A DNA stretch of 64,000 bases from the human T2T-CHM13v2.0 reference genome, Homo sapiens: NCBI RefSeq assembly GCF_009914755.1, contig NC_060933.1; one strand, 5' to 3'. The number at the start of each line of letters is the position of its first letter. The first letter of the stretch is position 1. A program made the position numbers and the translations under genes. The notes beneath the pieces were generated by a model, which had not been told where the DNA came from, ran no database searches, and worked only from the letters and a program-made list of their open reading frames with translations. Below, in pieces: positions 55,531 through 64,000 of the stretch.

Positions 55531-58500
55531 TCCGTTCCATTCCATTCCATTCCATTCCATTCCATTCCATTCCTTTCCATTCCATTACGGATGATTCCAT
55601 TCCATTGCATTCCATTCCATTCCATTCCCCTGTACTCGGGTTGATTCCATTCCATTCCATTCCAATCCATGCCATTCCACTCGTGTTGATTCCATTCTTT
55701 CCATTCCATTCAAGTTGAATCCATTCCATTGCATTCCATTCCATTCGATTCCATTCGATTGCACGCGGGTTGATTCCATTTCATTGCATTCCATTCCATT
55801 CCATTCCATTCCATTCCATTCCATTCCATTCCGTTCCTCTCCATTCCATTGCACTCGGGTTGATTCCATTCCATTGCATTCCATTCCATTCCATTCAATT
55901 CCATTCCGTTCCATTCCATTCCATTACATTCGGATTGATTCTATTCAACTCCCTTACTCTCCATTACATTCCATTCCATTCGGGTTGTTCCATTCCATTC
56001 CATTCCATTCCACTCCATTCCACTGCACTCGGGTTGATTCCATTCCATTCCATTCCATTCCATTCCATTCCGGAAGATTCCATTCCATTGCATTCCATTC
56101 CATTCCATTCCCCTGCACTCGCGTTGATTCCATTCCATTCCATTCTATTCCATTCTATTCCCTTCCTTTCCGTTCCATTCCATTCCATTCCATTCCATTC
56201 CGTTCCGTTCCGTTCCATTCCATTCCATTCCATTCTATTTGGGTTAATTCCATTCCATTCCATTCGATTGCAATCGAGTTGATTCTATTCCATTCCATTC
56301 CATTCCATTCCATTCCATTCCATTCCATTCCTTTCCATTCCATTACGGATGATTCCATTCCATTGCATTCCATTCCATTCCATTGCATTCCATTCCATTC
56401 CATTCCCCTGTACTCGGGTTGACTCCATTCCATTCCATTCCAATCCATGCCATTCCACTCGTGTTGATTCCATTCTTTCCATTCCATTCAAGTTGAATCC
56501 ATTCCATTGCATTCCATTCCATTCCATTCCCCTGCAGTCTGGTTGATTCCATTCCATTCCATTCCATTCCATTCCATTCCATTCCATTCCATTCCGTTCC
56601 GTTCCGTTCCATTCCATTCCATTGCATTCTATTCGGGTTAATTCCATTCCATTCCATTCCATTCCATTCCATTCCATTCCATTCCAATCGAGTTGATTCC
56701 ATTCCATTCCATTCCATTCCATTCCACTCCATTCCAGTCCTTTCCATTCCATTCCACTCGGGTTGATTCCAATGTATTCCTTTCCATTCCATTCCATTCC
56801 ATTGCAATCGAGTTGATTCCATTGCTTTGCATTCCATTCCATTCCATTCGATTCCGGATGACTCCATTCCATTGCATTCCATTCCATTGCATTCCCCTGC
56901 AGTCGGGTTGATTCCATTCCATTCCACTCCATTCCATTGCATTCCATTCCATTGCATTGTATTCGGGTTAATTCCATTCCATTCCATTCCATTCCATTCC
57001 ATTCCAATCGAGTTGATTCCATTCCATTCCATTCCATTCCATTCCAGTCCTTTCCATTCCATTCCACTCGGGTTGATTCCATTCTATTAGTTTCCATTCC
57101 ATTCCGTTCCCTTCCATTCCACTCTGGTTGATTCCATTCCTTTCCATTCCACTCGAATACATTCCCTCCTATTCCACTCGGAACGATTCCATTCCATTCC
57201 ATTCCATTCCATTCCATTCCATTCCATTCCATTTCGTTCCATCACATTCTATTCCGTATCATTCCATTCCATTCCATTCCATTCCATTCCATTCCATTCC
57301 ATTCCACTCGTGTTGATTCCATTCCTTTCCATTCCATTCGGTTTGAAGGCATTCCATTCCATTCCATTCCTTTCCATTCCATTCCATTCCATTCCATTGT
57401 ACTCGGGTTGATTCCATTCCATTGCATTCCATCCCATTCCATTCCATTCCAATCCGTTGCATTCCATTCCATTACATTCGGATTGATTCTATTCAACTCC
57501 CTTACTCTCCATTACATTCCATTCCATTCGGGTTGTTCCATTCCATTCCATTCCATTCCACTCCATTCCATTGCACTCGGGTTGATTCCATTCCTTTCCA
57601 TTCCATTCCATTACATTCCGGATGTTTCCATTCCATTGCATTCCGTTCCATTACATTCCCCTGCACTCGCGTTGATTCCATTCCATTCCATTCCATTCCA
57701 TTCCATTCAATTCCATTCCATTACAATTCGTTCCATTCCATTCTATTCCGTACCATTCCATTCCATTCCATACCATTCCATTCCATTCCATTCCATTCCA
57801 TTCCATTTCGTTCCATTCCGTTCCATTCCATTCCATTCCATTCTATTCGGATTAATTCCATTCCATTCCATTCCATTCTATTCCATTCCATTGCAATCGA
57901 GTTGAATCCATTGCATTTCATTCCATTCCATTCCATTCCATTCCATTCCGGAAGATTCCATTCCATTACATTCCATTCCATTCCATTCCCCTGCACTCGC
58001 GTTGATTCCATTCCATTCCATTCCATTCCATTCCATTCCGTTCCGTTCAATTCCATTCCATTCCATTCCATTCCATTCCGTTCCATTCCGTTCCGTTCCA
58101 TTCCATTCCATTCCATTCTATTCGGGTTAATTCCATTCCATTGCATTCGATTGCAATCGAGTTGATTCCGTTCCATTCCATTCCATTCCATTCCATTCCA
58201 TTCCATTCCATTCCATTCCAATCCTTTCCATTCCATTACGGATGATTCCATTCCATTGCATTCCATTCCATTCCATTCCCCTGTACTCGGGTTGATTCCA
58301 TTCAATTCCATTCCAATCCATGCCATTCCACTCGTGTTGATTCCATTCTTTCCATTCCATTCAAGTTGAATCCATTCCATTGCATTCCATTCCATTCGAT
58401 TCCATTCGATTGCACTCGGGTTGATTCCATTACATTGCATTCCATTCCATTCCATTCCATTCCATTCCATTCCATTCCATTCCGTTCCATTCCATTCCAT

Positions 58501-60690
58501 TACATTCGGATTGATTCTATTCCATTCCCTTACACTCCATTACATTCCATTCCATTCGGGTAGTTTCCATTCCATTCCATTCCATTCCTCTCCATTCCAT
58601 TGCACTCGGGTTGATTCCATTCCATTGCATTCCATTCCATTCCATTCAATTCCATTCCGTTCCATTCCATTCCATTACATTCGGATTGATTCTATTCAAC
58701 TCCCTTACTCTCCATTACATTCCATTCCATTCGGGTTGTTCCATTCCATTCCATTCCATTCCACTCCATTCCACTGCACTCGGGTTGATTCCATTCCATT
58801 CCATTCCATTCCATTCCATTCCGGAAGATTCCATTCCATTGCATTCCATTCCATTCCATTCCCCTGCACTCGCGTTGATTCCATTCCATTCCATTCTATT
58901 CCATTCTATTCCCTTCCTTTCCGTTCCATTCCATTCCATTCCATTCCATTCCGTTCCGTTCCGTTCCATTCCATTCCATTCCATTCTATTTGGGTTAATT
59001 CCATTCCATTCCATTCGATTGCAATCGAGTTGATTCTATTCCATTCCATTCCATTCCATTCCATTCCATTCCATTCCATTCCTTTCCATTCCATTACGGA
59101 TGATTCCATTCCATTGCATTCCATTCCATTCCATTGCATTCCATTCCATTCCATTCCCCTGTACTCGGGTTGACTCCATTCCATTCCATTCCAATCCATG
59201 CCATTCCACTCGTGTTGATTCCATTCTTTCCATTCCATTCAAGTTGAATCCATTCCATTGCATTCCATTCCATTCCATTCCCCTGCAGTCTGGTTGATTC
59301 CATTCCATTCCATTCCATTCCATTCCATTCCATTCCATTCCGTTCCGTTCCGTTCCATTCCATTCCATTGCATTCTATTCGGGTTAATTCCATTCCATTC
59401 CATTCCATTCCATTCCATTCCATTCCATTCCAATCGAGTTGATTCCATTCCATTCCATTCCATTCCATTCCACTCCATTCCAGTCCTTTCCATTCCATTC
59501 CACTCGGGTTGATTCCAATGTATTCCTTTCCATTCCATTCCATTCCATTGCAATCGAGTTGATTCCATTGCTTTGCATTCCATTCCATTCCATTCGATTC
59601 CGGATGACTCCATTCCATTGCATTCCATTCCATTGCATTCCCCTGCAGTCGGGTTGATTCCATTCCATTCCACTCCATTCCATTGCATTCCATTCCATTC
59701 CATTGTATTCGGGTTAATTCCATTCCATTCCATTCCATTCCATTCCATTCCATTCCAATCGAGTTGATTCCATTCCATTCCATTCCATTCCATTCCAGTC
59801 CTTTCCATTCCATTCCACTCGGGTTGATTCCATTCTATTAGTTTCCATTCCATTCCGTTCCCTTCCATTCCACTCTGGTTGATTCCATTCCTTTCCATTC
59901 CACTCGAATACATTCCCTCCTATTCCACTCGGAACGATTCCATTCCATTCCATTCCATTCCATTCCATTCCATTCCATTCCATTTCGTTCCATCACATTC
60001 TATTCCGTATCATTCCATTCCATTCCATTCCATTCCATTCCATTCCATTCCATTCCATTCCACTCGTGTTGATTCCATTCCTTTCCATTCCATTCGGTTT
60101 GAAGGCATTCCATTCCATTCCATTCCATTCCATTCCATTCCATTCCATTCCATTGTACTCGGGTTGATTCCATTCCATTGCATTCCATCCCATTCCATTC
60201 CATTCCAATCCGTTGCATTCCATTCCATTACATTCGGATTGATTCTATTCAACTCCCTTACTCTCCATTACATTCCATTCCATTCGGGTTGCTCCATTCC
60301 ATTCCATTCCATTCCACTCCATTCCATTGCACTCGGGTTGATTCCATTCCTTTCCATTCCATTCCATTCCATTCCGGATGTTTCCATTCCATTGCATTCC
60401 GTTCCATTACATTCCCCTGCACTCGCGTTGATTCCATTCCATTCCATTCCATTCCATTCCATTCAATTCCATTCCATTACAATTCGTTCCATTCCATTCT
60501 ATTCCGTACCATTCCATTCCATTCCATACCATTCCATTCCATTCCATTCCATTCCATTCCATTTCGTTCCATTCCGTTCCATTCCATTCCATTCCATTCT
60601 ATTCGGGTTAATTCCATTCCATTCCATTCCATTCCATTCCATTCCATTCCAATCTATTCCATTCCATTGCAATCGAGTTGAATCCATTGC
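55240..60690 (-). repeat. ~2.7 kb tandem duplication (period 2751 bp in the core)
   Basis: ORF-track pairs 55941/58692, 56155/58906 and 57128/59879 are all offset by 2751. Shared variants include CCACTGCACTCG, GCAGTCTGGTTG, CCATCACATTC and GGATGTTTCC. Confidence 0.9.
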
Positions 60691-62840
60691 ATTTCATTCC
60701 ATTCCATTCCATTCCATTCCATTCCATTGCAATCGAGTTGAATCTATTGCATTTCATTCCATTCCATTCCATTCCATTCCATTCCGGAAGATTCCATTCC
60801 ATTGCATTCCATTACATTCCATTCCCCTGCACTCGCGTTGATTCCATTCCATTCCATTCCATTCCATTGCATTCCATTGCATTCCATTCCCCTGCACTCA
60901 GGTTGATTCCATTCCATTCCATTCCATTCCATTCCATTCCATTCCATTCCATTCCATTCCATTCTATTCGCGTTAATTCCATTCCACTCCATTCCATTAC
61001 ATTCCATTGCAATCGACTTGATTCCATTCCATTCCATTCCATTCCATTCAAGTCCTTTCCATTCCATTCCACTCGTGTTGATTCCATTTTATTAGTTTCC
61101 ATTCCATTCCATTCCCTTCCATTCCACTCTGGTTGATTCCATTCCTTTCCATTCCACTCGAATTCATTCCCTTCTATTCCACTCGGAATGATTCCATTGT
61201 ATTCCGTTCCATTCCATTCCATTTCGTTCCATTCCATTTTATTCCGTACCATTCCATTCCATTCCATTCCATTCCATTACATTCCATTCCATTCCATTCC
61301 ATGCCATTCCACTCGGGTTGATTCCATTGCTTTCCATTCCATTTGGGTTGAATCCATTCCATTCCATTCCATTCCATTCCATTCCATTCCATTCCATTCA
61401 ATTGCACTGGGTTTGATTCCATTCCACTGCATTCCATTCCATTCCATTCCATTCCATTCCATTCCATTCCATTCCATTCCATTCCATTCCCCTGCACTCG
61501 GGTTCATTCCATTCCATTGCATTCCATCCCATTCCATTCCATTCCAATCCGTTGCATTCCATTCCATTACATTCGGATTGATTCTATTCAACTCCCTTAC
61601 TCTCCATTACATTCCATTCCATTCGGGTTGTTCCATTCCATTCCATTCCATTCCACTCCATTCCATTGCACTCGGGTTGATTCCATTCCTTTCCATTCCA
61701 TTCCATTCCATTCCGGATGTTTCCATTCCATTGCATTCCGTTCCATTACATTCCCCTGCACTCGCGTTGATTCCATTCCATTCCATTCCATTCCATTCCA
61801 TTCAATTCCATTCCATTACAATTCGTTCCATTCCATTCTATTCCGTACCATTCCATTCCATTCCATACCATTCCATTCCATTCCATCCCATTCCATTCCA
61901 TTTCGTTCCATTCCGTTCCATTCCATTCCATTTCATTCTATTCGGGTTAATTCCATTCCATTCCATTCCATTCCATTCCATTCCATTCCATTCCAATCTA
62001 TTCCATTCCATTGCAATCGAGTTGAATCCATTGCATTTCATTCCATTCCATTCCATTCCATTCCATTGCAATCGAGTTGAATCTATTGCATTTCATTCCA
62101 TTCCATTCCATTCCATTCCATTCCGGAAGATTCCATTCCATTGCATTCCATTACATTCCATTCCCCTGCACTCGCGTTGATTCCATTCCATTCCATTCCA
62201 TTCCATTGCATTCCATTGCATTCCATTCCCCTGCACTCAGGTTGATTCCATTCCATTCCATTCCATTCCATTCCATTCCATTCCATTCCATTCTATTCGC
62301 GTTAATTCCATTCCACTCCATTCCATTACATTCCATTGCAATCGACTTGATTCCATTCCATTCCATTCCATTCCATTCAAGTCCTTTCCATTCCATTCCA
62401 CTCGTGTTGATTCCATTTTATTAGTTTCCATTCCATTCCATTCCCTTCCATTCCACTCTGGTTGATTCCATTCCTTTCCATTCCACTCGAATTCATTCCC
62501 TTCTATTCCACTCGGAATGATTCCATTGTATTCCGTTCCATTCCATTCCATTTCGTTCCATTCCATTTTATTCCGTACCATTCCATTCCATTCCATTCCA
62601 TTCCATTACATTCCATTCCATTCCATTCCATGCCATTCCACTCGGGTTGATTCCATTGCTTTCCATTCCATTTGGGTTGAATCCATTCCATTCCATTCCA
62701 TTCCATTCCATTCCATTCCATTCCATTCCATTCCATTCAATTGCACTAGGTTTGATTCCATTCCACTGCATTCCATTCCATTCCATTCCATTCCATTCCA
62801 TTCCATTCCATTCCATTCCATTCCCCTGCACTCGGGTTCA
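60170..62840 (-). repeat. ~1.33 kb tandem duplication (60170-61508 and 61509-62840)
   Basis: ORF-track offsets are 1339 and 1329. Shared variants include CCAATCTATTCC, GAATCTATTGC, TTCAAGTCCTTT, GAATTCATTCCCTTCT and TTTGGGTTGAATCC. Confidence 0.9.
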
Positions 62841-64000
62841 TTCCATTCCATTCCATTTACTTCCATTCCATTCCATTCCATTCCATTCCATTCCATGCCA
62901 TTCCACTCGCATTGATTCCATTCCCTTCCATTCCATTAGAGTTGAATCCATTCCATTCCATTCCATTCCATTCCATTCCATTCCATTGCACACGGGTTCA
63001 TTCCATTCCATTCCATTCCATTCCCTTACATTCCATTTCGTTACATTCCATTCTATTCCGTACCATTCCATTCCATTCCATTCCGTTCCATTCCACTCCA
63101 TTCCATGCCATTCCACTCGGGTATATTCCATTCCTTTTAATTCCATTCGGGTTGAATCCATTCCATTCCATTCCATTCGATTCCATTACATTGCACTCGG
63201 GTTGATTCCATTCCATTCCATTCCATTACATTTCATTCCATTCCATTCCATTCCATTTCATTCAATTCCATTCCATTCCATGCCATTCCACTCGTGTTGA
63301 TTCCATTCCTTTCCATTCCATTACATTTTATTCCATTCCATTCCATTCCATTTCATTCAATTCCATTCCATTCCATGCCATTCCACTCGTGTTGATTCCA
63401 TTCCTTTCCATTCCATTCGAGTTGAACCCATTCCATTCCATTCCATTCCATTCCATTCCATTCCGTTCCATTCCATTGCACGCGGGTTCATTCCATTCCA
63501 TTCCGTTCCATTCCATTCCATTCCATTCCATTCCATTCCATTCCATTACATTCCATTTCGTTCCATTCCGTTCTATTCCGTACGATTCCATTGCATTCCA
63601 TTCCATTCCATTCCTTTCCATTCCATTGAATTCGAGTTGATTCCATTCCATTCCGTTCCATTCCATTCCATTCCATTCCATTCCGGATGATTCCATTCCA
63701 CTGCATTCCATTCCATTAAATTCCCCTGCACTTGGAGTGATTCCTTTCCATTCTATTCCATTCCATTCCATTCCATTCCATTCCATTCCATTCCATTCCA
63801 TTCCATTTCATTGCAATCGAGTTGATTCCATTGCATTCCATTCCATTCCATTCCAGTCCTTTCCATTCCATTCCACTCGGGTTGATTCCATTCTATTCCT
63901 TTCCATTCCATTCGATTCCATTCCATTCCACTCTGGTTGATACCATTCCTTTTCATTCCACTCGAAAACATTCCCTTCTATTCCACTCGGAATGATTCCA

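Larger units (their letters stand above)
17713..64000 (-). repeat. Satellite III (HSat3) array, inverted orientation (ATTCC on +)
   Basis: Continuous (ATTCC)n with ACTCGGGTTG / AATCGAGTTG / ATTCGGGTTA, the reverse complements of the left-arm motifs. Confidence 0.97.

Noticed and set aside
48-63971. Hundreds of ORFs encoding MEWNG or IPFHS repeats
   Set aside because: They are a direct consequence of a stop-free 5 bp repeat read in all frames on both strands. They overlap one another, have no domains and show no gene context.
1-64000. CRISPR-like alternation of conserved motifs and spacers
   Set aside because: The intervening sequences are GGAAT runs, not unique spacers. Spacing is irregular, and there is no leader or cas gene.
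1-64000. HSat2, alpha satellite or a specific chromosome assignment (e.g. 9q12, Yq12, acrocentric arms)
   Set aside because: Long perfect GGAAT runs with CAACCCGAGT indicate HSat3, not the more degenerate HSat2, and there is no 171 bp monomer. Chromosome and subfamily need a k-mer or alignment search that I cannot run.

Overview
The whole 64 kb window is non-coding primate (human-type) classical Satellite III (HSat3). It consists of (GGAAT)n pentamers punctuated by the diagnostic CAACCCGAGT decamer and a small set of other fixed motifs. I see no genes, RNA genes, transposons or CRISPR arrays, and every listed ORF (MEWNG/IPFHS repeats) is a translation artefact of the pentamer. The main structural feature is one strand switch at ~17,710: GGAAT lies on + to the left and on - to the right. 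The switch sits at the centre of an imperfect ~0.85 kb-arm palindrome with a possible template-switch signature. Around it are a near-identical ~9 kb higher-order duplication (left arm), nested tandem duplications with periods from 30 bp to ~8.8 kb (right arm) and long-range inverted homologies between the arms. There are also about 30 perfect three-unit heat-shock elements (GGAATCTTCCGGAAT), produced by one recurrent satellite variant. I found no novel protein-coding system. Species and chromosome cannot be fixed from the sequence alone, and block boundaries were read by eye, so they are approximate.
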